Below are positions 29,828-41,245 of a stretch of 61,831 nt of DNA, one piece after another. Positions within the stretch are counted from its first letter, which is position 1; each line of letters begins with the position of its first letter. The notes under the pieces are model-generated. The model ran no database searches, was not told where the DNA came from, and saw only the letters and a list, made by a program, of their open reading frames with translations. A program made the translations under genes and the position numbers. The DNA comes from Aestuariivirgaceae bacterium. GTDB taxonomy: Bacteria > Pseudomonadota > Alphaproteobacteria > Rhizobiales > Aestuariivirgaceae. Location of the stretch: the NCBI GenBank assembly GCA_040510355.1, contig JBEVJH010000061.1, positions 1 to 61,831 of the forward strand, in the 5' to 3' direction.

Positions 29828-30711
29828 GCGACCTTGCCCAGAATGCGGTCCGTCACCTCGCGCGTCACACGGGCGCTGTCCTCGCGCGTCTTGAGCAGGC
29901 ACATCATCGTCTCATGCACGATTTCCGGCGCAGCGTGGAGATCGGCGATGTCGAGACCGACCAGGGCCGCGGCCCAGTCGAGCGTCTCGGCGACCCCGGG
30001 CACCTTGCGCAAATCCTCCTTGCGAAGGCGCTCGACCATGCGGGCGACCTGCAGCGCGAGACCGGCGCCGGCTTCAGGGATGCGCGCCAGGATGATGCGG
30101 GCCTCGCGATCGACGTCGGGAAAATCGACATAGTGGTAGAGGCAGCGGCGGCGCAGCGCATCCGACAGCTCGCGCGTCCCGTTCGAGGTGATCACCACAT
30201 GGGGGACCGCCAGCGCCTTGATGAGGCCGAGCTCGGGGATCGAGATCTGCCAATCGGAGAGGAGCTCGAGCAGGAACGCCTCGAACTCCTCATCGGCGCG
30301 GTCGATCTCGTCGATCAGCAGGATCGGCGGCATCGGCCGGCGGATCGCCGCCAGCAGCGGGCGCTCGAGCAGGTACTTTTCGGAGAAGATGCGCTCCTCG
30401 AGGTCGCTCATCCCCTGGCCGGGCTGCGATCCCCGGCTCGCCTCGATGGCGAGCAGCTGGCGCTGGTAGTTCCACTCGTAAAGGGCCGCCGACTGGTCGA
30501 GCCCCTCGTAACATTGCAGGCGAATGAGCTCGGCGTCATGCACGGCGGAGAGCGCCTTCGCCACCTCGGTCTTGCCGACGCCGGCCGCGCCTTCGAGCAG
30601 CAGGGGCCGTTTCAGCAGCTGCATGATGGCGATTGCATTGGCCAGCTCGGCATCGGCGATATAGCCGACCTCGGCCAGGCGGGCGGCGATGCTGTCACGC
30701 GGAACACTCAT
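29824..30711 (-). CDS. coxD: MoxR-type AAA+ ATPase, CO dehydrogenase maturation
   Basis: About 295 aa from ATG 30711. Walker A LLLEGAAGVGKT, Walker B ILLIDEIDRA. Confidence 0.85.
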   Translation of the reverse strand: MSVPRDSIAARLAEVGYIADAELANAIAIMQLLKRPLLLEGAAGVGKTEVAKALSAVHDAELIRLQCYEGLDQSAALYEWNYQRQLLAIEASRGSQPGQGMSDLEERIFSEKYLLERPLLAAIRRPMPPILLIDEIDRADEEFEAFLLELLSDWQISIPELGLIKALAVPHVVITSNGTRELSDALRRRCLYHYVDFPDVDREARIILARIPEAGAGLALQVARMVERLRKEDLRKVPGVAETLDWAAALVGLDIADLHAAPEIVHETMMCLLKTREDSARVTREVTDRILGKVA

Positions 30712-30734
30712 GACTCTGACGACTCGGGGCTCCT

Positions 30735-33160
<2,426 letters not shown>

Positions 33161-33164
<4 letters not shown>

Positions 33165-33673
33165 TCGGCGGCCTCCTGGAACTCGGTGCCATTGATCTTG
33201 GCGGCGGCGTAGCGGATCGCCTTGACGATGTTCTGGTAACCCGTGCAGCGGCAGAGATTGCCGGAGATGCCGTGACGGATCTCGGCATCGTCCGGGTTCG
33301 GATTCTCCTTGAGCAGCCGGTGCGCCCGCATGATCATCCCGGGCGTGCAGAAGCCGCATTGCAGGCCATGCATCATGCGGAAGCCCTCCTGCAGCGCCGA
33401 CAGCGTGCCGTCGGGATTCGCCATCCCCTCGATCGTGGTGATCTCGCTGCCGTCCGCCTGGATGGCGAAGATGGTGCAGCTCTTCACCGACATGCCGTCG
33501 CAATCGACCGTGCAGGCGCCGCAATGGGTGGTCTCGCAGCCGATATGGGTGCCGGTGAGCCCTAGATTTTCACGAATCAAGTGGACCAGCAGCAGGCGCG
33601 GCTCGACCAGCCCGTCGACCTGCGCGCCGTTCACCATCATGCCGATCTGGGTTTTTTTCGCCTGGCTTGGCAT
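33161..33673 (-). CDS. coxS: CO dehydrogenase small [2Fe-2S] subunit
   Basis: About 170 aa. [12 protein letters not shown] and [10 protein letters not shown]...GNLCRCTGY cluster motifs. Confidence 0.92.
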
Positions 33674-33684
33674 TGGATCGCTCC

Positions 33685-34548
33685 TCAACGGGCCTGTTCG
33701 GCAGCGCGCTTCAAGGCGCGCATCACCATGATGCCACCGACATGCTTGCGATAGTCGGGCGGGCCGCGGCCATCGCCGGCCGGCGCCATGATCGCCGCGG
33801 CGGCGGCGCCGGCGCTTCTCAGCGTGGCATCGTCGAGGGATGTTCCGACCGCCAGCGAGGCGGCCTTGTCGGCGAGCAACGGCGTGTCGGCGAGGTTGGT
33901 CAGCCCGATCGCGCAGGTCGCGACCTTGCCGCCATCCATCGTCAGAATGACGGCGGCCGCCGCGGTGGCATAGTCGCCGACCTTGCGCTTCAGCTTCTCA
34001 TAGGCATGGCCGTGGCCGGCGGGCGGCACGGGGATGGCGACCGCGGTCAGGATCTCGCCCGGCGCGAGCGCGGTGGAATAGGCTCCCTGATAGAAGTCAC
34101 GGGCGGCGACGGTGCGGGCTCCGGCCGGTCCCTCGAGCCGATAGTCGGCGCCGAGCGTCATCATCAGCGCCGGCAGGTCATTGCCCGGATCGCCATTGGC
34201 GACATTGCCGCCCACCGTGCCGCGATAGCGCACCTGCGGATCGGCGACCTGCGCGATCGTCTCACCCAGGATCGGCACGGCCGACAGGGCGAGGTCGGAA
34301 CGGAGCAGCTCCTGCTGAGTCGTCATCGCGCCGACGATGATCCGGTCGCCCTCCCGGCTCACGCCCTTGAGCGCGCCGATGCCGTGCAGATCGACGAGGT
34401 GCTCAGGCGTCGCGAGGCGCATCTTCATCATCGGGATGAGGCTGTGGCCGCCGGCAAGCGGCCGGGCGTCGTCGCCCAGGTCGGCGAGCAGCCTGACGGC
34501 CTCGGCAACGCTGCCCGGTCGGTGGTAGGTGAAGGCTGCCGGTATCAT
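33685..34548 (-). CDS. coxM: CO dehydrogenase medium FAD-binding subunit
   Basis: About 287 aa from ATG 34548 (GGAGGAAG SD). [21 protein letters not shown]...[15 protein letters not shown]. Confidence 0.9.
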   Translation of the reverse strand: MIPAAFTYHRPGSVAEAVRLLADLGDDARPLAGGHSLIPMMKMRLATPEHLVDLHGIGALKGVSREGDRIIVGAMTTQQELLRSDLALSAVPILGETIAQVADPQVRYRGTVGGNVANGDPGNDLPALMMTLGADYRLEGPAGARTVAARDFYQGAYSTALAPGEILTAVAIPVPPAGHGHAYEKLKRKVGDYATAAAAVILTMDGGKVATCAIGLTNLADTPLLADKAASLAVGTSLDDATLRSAGAAAAAIMAPAGDGRGPPDYRKHVGGIMVMRALKRAAEQAR

Positions 34549-34713
34549 GCTTCCTCCGCGTTCAACGTTCCGTGAGCGGAATTCTCGTTCTTTCAGCGTA
34601 GGACGAGCGCGCGGCGGCGAAAAGAGGCGAAGTTTAACCACGACGAATTGTCCATTCCACATTGGCTGGTAGGTTTCGCAAGCGCGCTCCTACCCGTGGT
34701 ATGGTCCCGGTGG

Positions 34714-35646
34714 CTACTCCTCCCGAAGCGCCTTGAGCCGGGCCAATCGAGGGACCGCGAGGTCCAGGAATGCGCGAACGCTCGGCGCCATCAGCCGCGC
34801 GGTCGGGAACACGAAGTGGACCGGCAATGCCGCCGGCTCGAAGGTCTTGAGTATCCGCACGAGCCTGCCGGCGCGTATCGGCTGCTCGACCTGGTACGAC
34901 AGCACAGCCGCGATTCCCCTGCCGCCCGCTGCCGCGTCGATGGCCACCTCCATCTGATCGACCTCGAGGCGCGGCTTCAGCTTCACGGTCTGCGGCCTGG
35001 CGTTGCGGGCCTGAAACCGCCATTGCACATCGCCGGGTTGCGCGGTGACCGCAATGATCTGGTGGCCGGCCAATGCCTCCGGGTCGTCGGGCGTGCCGGC
35101 CTGCTTCAGATAGTCGGGGCTCGCCACCAGGACGCGGCGAACGGCACCGAGGCGGCGGGCGACAAGCGATGATTGGGGAAGCTCGCCGATGCGCAAGGCG
35201 AGATCGATGCCGTCCTCCAGCAGGTCGACGAACCGATCCGACAGGCTGAGCTCGACCCGCGTCGCCCGATAGGTGTCGAGATAGGCGTAGACGAGCGGCA
35301 TGACATGCATCCGGCCGAACAGCCGCGGCGCCGAGATCCGGAGCCGTCCGGTCGGGGCGGCGGACTGACCGGCAACGTCCAGCATGGCATGCTCGAAATC
35401 GGGCAGGACGCGACGCAAATGCTCCGCCAGGCGCATGCCGGCATCGGTCAGCGCCAGCTTGCGGGTCGTGCGCTCGAGCAAGCGAACCCCGAGCGCCGAC
35501 TCGAGCGCGCCGACCGCCCGGCTGGCCGTGGCGGGCGACTGGCCGACCCGGCGGGCGGCGGCGGCGAACGTCCCGTGGTCGACGATCGACAGGAACAGCG
35601 TCAAGGATTCGATGCGATCCATTGTTGCAAGATCCACAATAGTCAT
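34714..35646 (-). CDS. LysR-family transcriptional regulator
   Basis: 310 aa. N-terminal wHTH FLSIVDHGTFAAAARRVGQSPATASRAVGALE. Divergent from the PNPOx-like gene and upstream of coxM on the same strand. Confidence 0.88.
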   Translation of the reverse strand: MTIVDLATMDRIESLTLFLSIVDHGTFAAAARRVGQSPATASRAVGALESALGVRLLERTTRKLALTDAGMRLAEHLRRVLPDFEHAMLDVAGQSAAPTGRLRISAPRLFGRMHVMPLVYAYLDTYRATRVELSLSDRFVDLLEDGIDLALRIGELPQSSLVARRLGAVRRVLVASPDYLKQAGTPDDPEALAGHQIIAVTAQPGDVQWRFQARNARPQTVKLKPRLEVDQMEVAIDAAAGGRGIAAVLSYQVEQPIRAGRLVRILKTFEPAALPVHFVFPTARLMAPSVRAFLDLAVPRLARLKALREE

Positions 35647-35728
35647 TTTCAGCGTCGGGGTATTATCTCAGGGCATCGGGTAATCTATGTCCAGGGGGCA
35701 CGTTCGACCGCGACCTGGAGCTCGCCCG

Positions 35729-36349
35729 ATGAACCAGACGAAAGCCTATGCCAGCGACGTCGCGTTCACGCCGGCGGTCAAAGCCGTGCAGGCGCGCAAG
35801 GGATCGCGCCACTCCTATCGGCGGCTCGAGGAACGCGGCGCCTGGAAGAGCACCATCACGCCGGAGCTCGCGGCCTTCATTGCGGCGCAGACCAGCGTGT
35901 TCCTGGCGACCGCGACTCTCGAGGGCCAGCCCTATGTGCAGCATCGCGGCGGGCCGGCGGGATTTCTCAAGGTCCTCGACGAGCGGACGATCGGATTCGC
36001 CGACTACACGGGAAATCGCCAGTACATCACCCTCGGAAACCTCTCCGAGAACCCCAAGGCACAGCTCTTTCTCATCGATTATGCAACGCGCCGGCGCATC
36101 AAGATCTGGGGCGAAGCGCGCGTCGTCGAAGGCGATCAGGAGCTGACGGCCAAGCTGATGCCGGAAGGCTACCAGGCACGGCCGGAACAGGTCGTCCTGT
36201 TCACCGTCTCGGCCTTCGACGTCAATTGCTCGCAGCACATTCCGCAGCGTTTCGACGCGGCCGACGTCGCGAAGGCTCTGGCGCAGCGCGACAGGAGAAT
36301 CGCCGACCTGGAAGCCGAGCTCGCCCGCATCTCTCGGACGGCCCAATGA
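35729..36349 (+). CDS. Pyridoxamine 5'-phosphate oxidase-like FMN-binding split-barrel protein
   Basis: About 206 aa. FLATATLEGQPYVQHRGGPAGFLKVLDERTIGFADYTGNRQYITLGNL...IKIWG. Coiled-coil-like C-terminal tail. Confidence 0.7.
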   Translation: MNQTKAYASDVAFTPAVKAVQARKGSRHSYRRLEERGAWKSTITPELAAFIAAQTSVFLATATLEGQPYVQHRGGPAGFLKVLDERTIGFADYTGNRQYITLGNLSENPKAQLFLIDYATRRRIKIWGEARVVEGDQELTAKLMPEGYQARPEQVVLFTVSAFDVNCSQHIPQRFDAADVAKALAQRDRRIADLEAELARISRTAQ

Positions 36350-36385
36350 GAAAGGCCCTCGCGGGGGAGAGGGCCTTTCAGTTTT
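36350..36385 (+). terminator. Rho-independent terminator
   Basis: Perfect 11-bp stem GAAAGGCCCTC / GAGGGCCTTTC, 8-nt loop, then AGTTTT. Starts 1 nt after the stop codon. Confidence 0.85.
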
Positions 36386-36437
36386 CCGGCTCGCTTGTCG
36401 AGAGGGGATGGGGTGGAGCCGGGTGGGGACTGTTCGC

Positions 36438-36644
36438 TCAGATGGCGATGCAGAAGGCGACCGCGCAGGGGTCGCGCATCAGCTCGATCTTGAGCGGATA
36501 GATCTGGTTCTTGGCAATCGAGGTCACGTTCCGGTTGTCGGTGTTGCCGAACCCCACCGGCAGGCTCGCGGCCCCGGTGACTTGGGCAACGCCGAAAGGC
36601 GAGATGCCGAGCAGAAATACCGCAATTGCCACGATCCTGAACAA
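36438..36644 (-). CDS. Small secreted protein (68-aa precursor; mature part about 46 aa ending in C-x4-C-IAI), hypothetical
   Basis: TTG start preceded by GGGAGG. Sec-type signal MFRIVAIAVFLLGISPFGVAQV. G/C-ending codons predominate, as in neighbouring genes. Confidence 0.5.
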   Translation of the reverse strand: MFRIVAIAVFLLGISPFGVAQVTGAASLPVGFGNTDNRNVTSIAKNQIYPLKIELMRDPCAVAFCIAI

Positions 36645-36774
36645 ACTGGCCTCCCTTCCGATGTTCCGGTTGGCAGCGACATTAGAAGCGCAATGGAAAT
36701 GACGACAGTGTACTTGAGTATCGGAGCCTCATCGCTTGAGATAAAAATCCATACCTTGGTATAGGCTCGACCGA

Positions 36775-37149
36775 TCAGGCAGCCGCCTCGAGCGCATCGT
36801 TGAGGCAGCCGATGAAGCTCTCCTCATCGAAGGGCTTGGCGAAAAACCCGCAGGCTCCCGCCCTTTCAACCCGCTGCCGCACGCGCTCGGCCGGATAGGC
36901 CGTGATGAAAATGATCGGAAAGCGGCGACCCTGAGCCGTCAGGAGGCTCTGCAGCTCCATGCCGTTCAGGCCTGGCATTTCGACATCGGTTATGAGGCAG
37001 GATGTCTCCTCGACCTGGCCGGAGCCCAGATATTCCTCGGCAGATGCGAATGTCATTGCCCGGTAACCCAGGGACCTGACCAGGTCCTGGGTGGCTTCAC
37101 GCACAGATTCATTGTCGTCGACGATGGCGATCTTCGGAGTTTCGGCCAA
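36775..37149 (-). CDS. Single-domain response regulator (CheY-like receiver)
   Basis: 124 aa. IAIVDDN, phospho-acceptor in LITDVEMPG, FITAY, AKP. Confidence 0.88.
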   Translation of the reverse strand: MAETPKIAIVDDNESVREATQDLVRSLGYRAMTFASAEEYLGSGQVEETSCLITDVEMPGLNGMELQSLLTAQGRRFPIIFITAYPAERVRQRVERAGACGFFAKPFDEESFIGCLNDALEAAA

Positions 37150-37226
37150 TCCACTTCCCTCGAGGCACGGCGCGGCGAATCGGCCGCTCGACCCGCGAGG
37201 TTGGATGCCCGCGACGAATCCCGAAA

Positions 37227-37886
37227 TTATACATGGGTATAGGAATCGTCTGTGCCGTCGTCGTTGATGCCCAGCGTCTCGGCCATCTTGACGAGCTCGG
37301 CCAGGGAGCGTGCACCCATCTTGCGAACGACATTGCCGCGATGCACCTTCACGGTAATCTCGCTCAAGCCGATGCGGGCCGCGATCTGCTTGTTCATCAG
37401 ACCGGCGGTGACCAGCGCCATCACCTCCCTTTCACGCTTGGTCAGGCCTGAGAATCGCGACTTCAGATCGATATTGGCCTGCTCGTTCTCGAAGCGGATG
37501 CGATCCTTGGTGAGAGCGAGCTGGACGGCATCGAGCATGTCCTGGTCACGAAACGGCTTGGTGAGAAACTCGACCGCGCCGGCCTTCATCGCCCGCACGC
37601 TCATCGGAATATCGCCGTGGCCGGTCATGAAGATGATGGGAATGCGAACATTGGCGCGAATGAGCTCCGACTGAAAGTCGAGCCCGCTCAATCCCGGAAG
37701 TCTGACATCGAGGACAAGGCAGCTCGGCACATCGGGCAGGGCCGTGCCGAGGAACTCCGGCGCCGTCCCGAACAGCTCCGCCCTCAGGCCCACCGAGCGG
37801 AAGAGGCTGCCGAGCGATTCCCGCAGCGACTCGTCGTCATCGACGATGAAGACCATCGGCAGCGCTTCGGACTGGTCGCCGCTCAT
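37227..37886 (-). CDS. FixJ/NarL-type response regulator (REC plus LuxR HTH)
   Basis: VFIVDDD, LVLDVRLPG, TKP. C-terminal LTKREREVMALVTAGLMNKQIAARIGLSEITVKVHR. ATGA overlap with the kinase stop. Confidence 0.9.
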   Translation of the reverse strand: MSGDQSEALPMVFIVDDDESLRESLGSLFRSVGLRAELFGTAPEFLGTALPDVPSCLVLDVRLPGLSGLDFQSELIRANVRIPIIFMTGHGDIPMSVRAMKAGAVEFLTKPFRDQDMLDAVQLALTKDRIRFENEQANIDLKSRFSGLTKREREVMALVTAGLMNKQIAARIGLSEITVKVHRGNVVRKMGARSLAELVKMAETLGINDDGTDDSYTHV

Positions 37887-39802
37887 GCGCTTCCATCCCT
37901 CGGCAGCAGAATGGAGAAGGTCGAGCCGCAGGGCGTGGCGGGGGCAGCCGACAATTGCCCGCCATGGGCCTGGACGACCGACCGGCAGATCGACAGTCCC
38001 ATGCCCATGCCGCTGGACTTGGTGGTGAAGAACGCCTCGAAGATGCGGTCCTTGTGCTCCGGATCGATTCCCGTTCCCGAATCCGTGACGGTGACCAGGA
38101 CTTGGTCCGCCTCATTGAGGCTGGAGGCGATCTTCAGCACGCCCCGACGATCATCGACGGCCGCCATGGCGTCGATCGCGTTGGAGATCAAGTTGAGCAG
38201 GACCTGCTGCAGCTGGACCGGATCGGCCATGATCTGCGGGAGCCCTGCTGCCAGCTCGGTTCGGACCTCGATCGCGTGTTTCTGAAGATCGCGCTGCAGC
38301 AGCGCCAAGACCTCGCCGATCAGCTCGTTCACCTCGATGCCGACCTTGGCGCTGCTGTCCTTGAACATGCTGCGGACGCTCTTCATCACCTGGCCGGCAC
38401 GATGGCCGTCGGCGCTGATCCGCTTCAACGCGGCACGCGCTTCATCGAGATCGGGAACGGCATTGCCAAGCCAGCGCATACCGGCATTGGCGCTGGCGAC
38501 GATCGCCGCGATCGGCTGATTGATCTCATGGGCGATCGACGCCGTCATTTCGCCCATGGTGGTCAGCCGCGCAACCCGGGCGAGCTCGGCGTGGACCGCG
38601 GCAGCGCGCGCCTGATCCATGGCTTCGCGCTCGCGCGCGACGGCGAGCTCGCTCATCATGTCGTTGAAAGCGAGGGAGAGGCGCCCCAGCTCGTCATTGG
38701 CGCGATGATCCGTCCGCAGACTGTAATCGCCGGTCTCCCTGACGGTCCTGGCGACGCTTTCGAGTCTCTCCAGCGGCTTGACGATGTGGCGATGGGTCAT
38801 CAGCGCGATGACGATGCTGATGGAGGCGATCGCACCGGTGATCAGCAGGCTGAACCACAGGCGGCCGAGCAGCAGGTCGATCCGCTCGGACAGGCGGCGT
38901 GCCAGCTCGACCTCGGTGGAGGCCCAGAGCTCGAGGGTGCTTCGGATCGCTGCGGTGAATTTCGGATCGGCGCCGGCAAGCGCGATCACCTGAAGCGGCT
39001 CGCCGACGCCGCCCGGGTCCAGCGCGCCGAGATAGGAGCGAATGCTGCCCACCATCGCGTCGAGCTTCGGACCTAGCAGTTGCTTGAGATGGCCGGCCGC
39101 AAGGCGTGAGCCGGCATCGAGATCGGCCTGCAAGTCGTCAAGGGCAGTGTCGATGAGTCCGCCGAGGACGAGCAGCCTGACCTTGCGGTCGTCGATCGCG
39201 GCGATCGTCGCGAGGGGTGCGGCAACGAGAGACTGCGACTCGCCAAGATGCCCGAGGATCGCCGGCAAGCCTTTGACCACGATGTTCTGGAGATAGTAGG
39301 TGTCGAGATCGGGATCGAGGGTCAGGTTCGAGTCGTCGCCGACCCGGCTCGCCAGGCGCTGGGCGGCCGCGAGCGCCGCCAGAAACCGGCCGCCGCCGCG
39401 CCCGCCTTCCGGCTCGCCGACCCAGAGATGACGCAGGGCTGCGACAAGCTCCTGATTGAGCTCGGCCGTCTGGAGCTTCCCCTCGGCATCGACCTCGGCT
39501 GCGGCGAGGGCGGCGAAGATCCTCTCCGCCGGCCGGGAGGGCTCATCGGTGAGCAACGCTCCGTAGCCCGAGCGAATGGTCTCGAGATATCGGGTGCCGA
39601 CAAGCTCCTTGCGGGCGAACTCGATCGCGATCGCCTTCTCGGCGACGAGGCTGTAAATCGCAATCGCAATGGCAATGACGAATGTGCCGCAGAGCAGCGC
39701 CAGCTTGGTACTGGTGGAGAGATTTCTGAACACGACCAACTTTCGTGCGCGCCGGCAACAGCCACCGTGCGAGGCGCGGATGGCCAGTCCCCCCTCGGTC
39801 AT
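37883..39802 (-). CDS. Sensor histidine kinase: periplasmic sensor, TM, HAMP, HisKA (HEINQP type), HATPase
   Basis: 639 aa, two TM segments. HAMP: LGRLSLAFNDMMSEL. H-box: SIAHEINQPIAAI. G-boxes: DSGTGI, GMGMGL. The exact start is uncertain. Confidence 0.85.
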   Translation of the reverse strand: MTEGGLAIRASHGGCCRRARKLVVFRNLSTSTKLALLCGTFVIAIAIAIYSLVAEKAIAIEFARKELVGTRYLETIRSGYGALLTDEPSRPAERIFAALAAAEVDAEGKLQTAELNQELVAALRHLWVGEPEGGRGGGRFLAALAAAQRLASRVGDDSNLTLDPDLDTYYLQNIVVKGLPAILGHLGESQSLVAAPLATIAAIDDRKVRLLVLGGLIDTALDDLQADLDAGSRLAAGHLKQLLGPKLDAMVGSIRSYLGALDPGGVGEPLQVIALAGADPKFTAAIRSTLELWASTEVELARRLSERIDLLLGRLWFSLLITGAIASISIVIALMTHRHIVKPLERLESVARTVRETGDYSLRTDHRANDELGRLSLAFNDMMSELAVAREREAMDQARAAAVHAELARVARLTTMGEMTASIAHEINQPIAAIVASANAGMRWLGNAVPDLDEARAALKRISADGHRAGQVMKSVRSMFKDSSAKVGIEVNELIGEVLALLQRDLQKHAIEVRTELAAGLPQIMADPVQLQQVLLNLISNAIDAMAAVDDRRGVLKIASSLNEADQVLVTVTDSGTGIDPEHKDRIFEAFFTTKSSGMGMGLSICRSVVQAHGGQLSAAPATPCGSTFSILLPRDGSA

Positions 39803-39991
39803 TCAGGCGGCGGATTGTGGCATTCCCATGTCCTCTTACAGTTTTGGCTTACTACTGCCAGTAGAACGCGCACAACTTCGTGAAGAGGTGGGCACAACGG
39901 AGAAAGGAAACTACATCTCGACTTCACAGGAATTGAAACAGATCCGTTCCGAAGAGATCTGCGTGAACCATAGCTCGGACAGGAGGCAGCG

Positions 39992-40573
39992 ATGGCCAAG
40001 CTCGTCGACGAAGTTCTCAAGGCGAACAAGCGCTATGCGGCGAGTTTCGGCGACAAGGGAAAGCTGCCGCTGCCGCCGGCGCGGCGCTTCGCCATCCTGA
40101 CCTGCATGGACGCAAGGCTCGACCCGGCCCAATATGCCGGCCTCGCCGAAGGGGACGCCCATGTGATCCGCAATGCCGGCGGGCGGGCAAGCGACGACGC
40201 GATCCGGTCACTGGTCATTTCATACAAGCTGCTCGGCACGCAGGAGTGGTTCGTGATCCACCACACCGATTGCGGCATGCTGCTGTTCACCGACGAGGTG
40301 ATGGGCGATCTCCTGGAGAAGAGCCTGGAGACCGCCGCCATCGACCAGAATGGCTGGCATGATCACGGTCGTGGGCCCGGCTCGGTGCATGGCCGCTTCG
40401 TCAAGTGGCTCACTTTCAGCGATCTCGAGCAGAGCGTCGTCGACGACGTCGCCCGGATCAGGAGTCATCCGCTGGTGCCGGGAAGCATCCCGATCCATGG
40501 CTATGTCTACGACGTTCGAAGCGGTCAGTTGAATGAGGTGCGCAAGGCAACCGAGGCGGGCAAGGCGCGTTGA
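39992..40573 (+). CDS. Beta-class carbonic anhydrase family protein (Rv1284/Cab-like clade)
   Basis: 193 aa. Zinc-site motifs ILTCMDARL and HHTDCGM, plus HVIRNAGGR. Confidence 0.85.
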   Translation: MAKLVDEVLKANKRYAASFGDKGKLPLPPARRFAILTCMDARLDPAQYAGLAEGDAHVIRNAGGRASDDAIRSLVISYKLLGTQEWFVIHHTDCGMLLFTDEVMGDLLEKSLETAAIDQNGWHDHGRGPGSVHGRFVKWLTFSDLEQSVVDDVARIRSHPLVPGSIPIHGYVYDVRSGQLNEVRKATEAGKAR

Positions 40574-40697
40574 CCCATGCTTCCCGGCGATGAATGGATG
40601 ATGAACGAGCCGTTCAAGCGCGGTTCGAGTGCTGCGTTGCACAAACGACGGCGAGACGTCAGTGGCAGGACCAGCTTGGTAAGTTAGGGAGTGAGTG

Positions 40698-40886
40698 ATG
40701 CAGTTCCGAGACTTACCCGAACCGGGAAGTTACCTGAGGTTTTTCGTCGAGATGGTCGCGATGTTTCTGCTCGTGACGGCCTTCGCGTTCTGGCTGATCG
40801 CGGTGGCGTATGCGGCGGATGAAGGCATCGGCCGTGTCGATCCAGGGCAGCCGCAACCAGTCCCGGCAGCCTCGACCTCGCAATAG
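40698..40886 (+). CDS. Small single-pass membrane protein (hypothetical, 62 aa)
   Basis: AGGGAG SD 6 nt upstream of ATG. One TM: FFVEMVAMFLLVTAFAFWLIAVAYA. Weak evidence only. Confidence 0.35.
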   Translation: MQFRDLPEPGSYLRFFVEMVAMFLLVTAFAFWLIAVAYAADEGIGRVDPGQPQPVPAASTSQ

Positions 40887-40905
40887 GCGCGATGCGCCGC
40901 CTGCC

Positions 40906-41145
40906 TCAGCGGCGGCGATAGCTGCGCCGCGCCGGCTTGCGGCACTTCATGCCCCATGAGCACGAGATGCCTTTGCCGGCGGTATAGCCGACGGCTGCGC
41001 CGGCGACTGCGCCCACCGGACCGAACACGACCAGCCCCGACAGCGTCCCGAGAGCGGTATTGACCGCCCGCCCGGCATGGGCGGGCGTTGCCGCCGCACC
41101 GGCGATCGTGGCGGCAATGCCCAAGATGGCGATGATGGCTTTCAT
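40906..41145 (-). CDS. Small secreted glycine-zipper-like protein with a basic tail (79 aa)
   Basis: GGAGGGG SD. Signal MKAIIAILGIAATIAGAAATPAHA. GxxxG-rich GLVVFGPVGAVAGAAVGYTAG. Tail CRKPARRSYRRR. Confidence 0.5.
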   Translation of the reverse strand: MKAIIAILGIAATIAGAAATPAHAGRAVNTALGTLSGLVVFGPVGAVAGAAVGYTAGKGISCSWGMKCRKPARRSYRRR

Positions 41146-41245
41146 GATGTCCCCTCCGACCGTCCCTTCCCTTCCCACAAGTGAGAAACACGAAAGTTTG
41201 TCGCCGTGACGGCAAGGACGGCCAAATGCGGCCGACGCCTGTGGA

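Noticed and set aside
28631-30711. MoxR AAA+ plus VWA gene pair as a possible stand-alone (for example defence-related) module
   Set aside because: The pair is translationally coupled inside the coxMSLDEF operon, in the canonical CoxD/CoxE positions. A maturation role for CO dehydrogenase explains it.
34600-34700. Possible sigma-54 (-24/-12) promoter or terminator hairpin (GGTAGG...CCTACC) between the LysR gene and coxM
   Set aside because: No convincing GG-N10-GC element. The hairpin has a long loop and no U tract. Evidence is insufficient to call either.
35655-35690. ATTA...TAAT-ended segment as a LysR box between the LysR and PNPOx-like genes
   Set aside because: The dyad symmetry is limited to the 4-nt ends and does not fit T-N11-A spacing. 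Not supportable.
36511-36702. 63-aa plus-strand ORF overlapping the small secreted-peptide gene
   Set aside because: No SD and no signal or other features. The opposite-strand ORF has the better SD, a signal peptide and better codon pattern.
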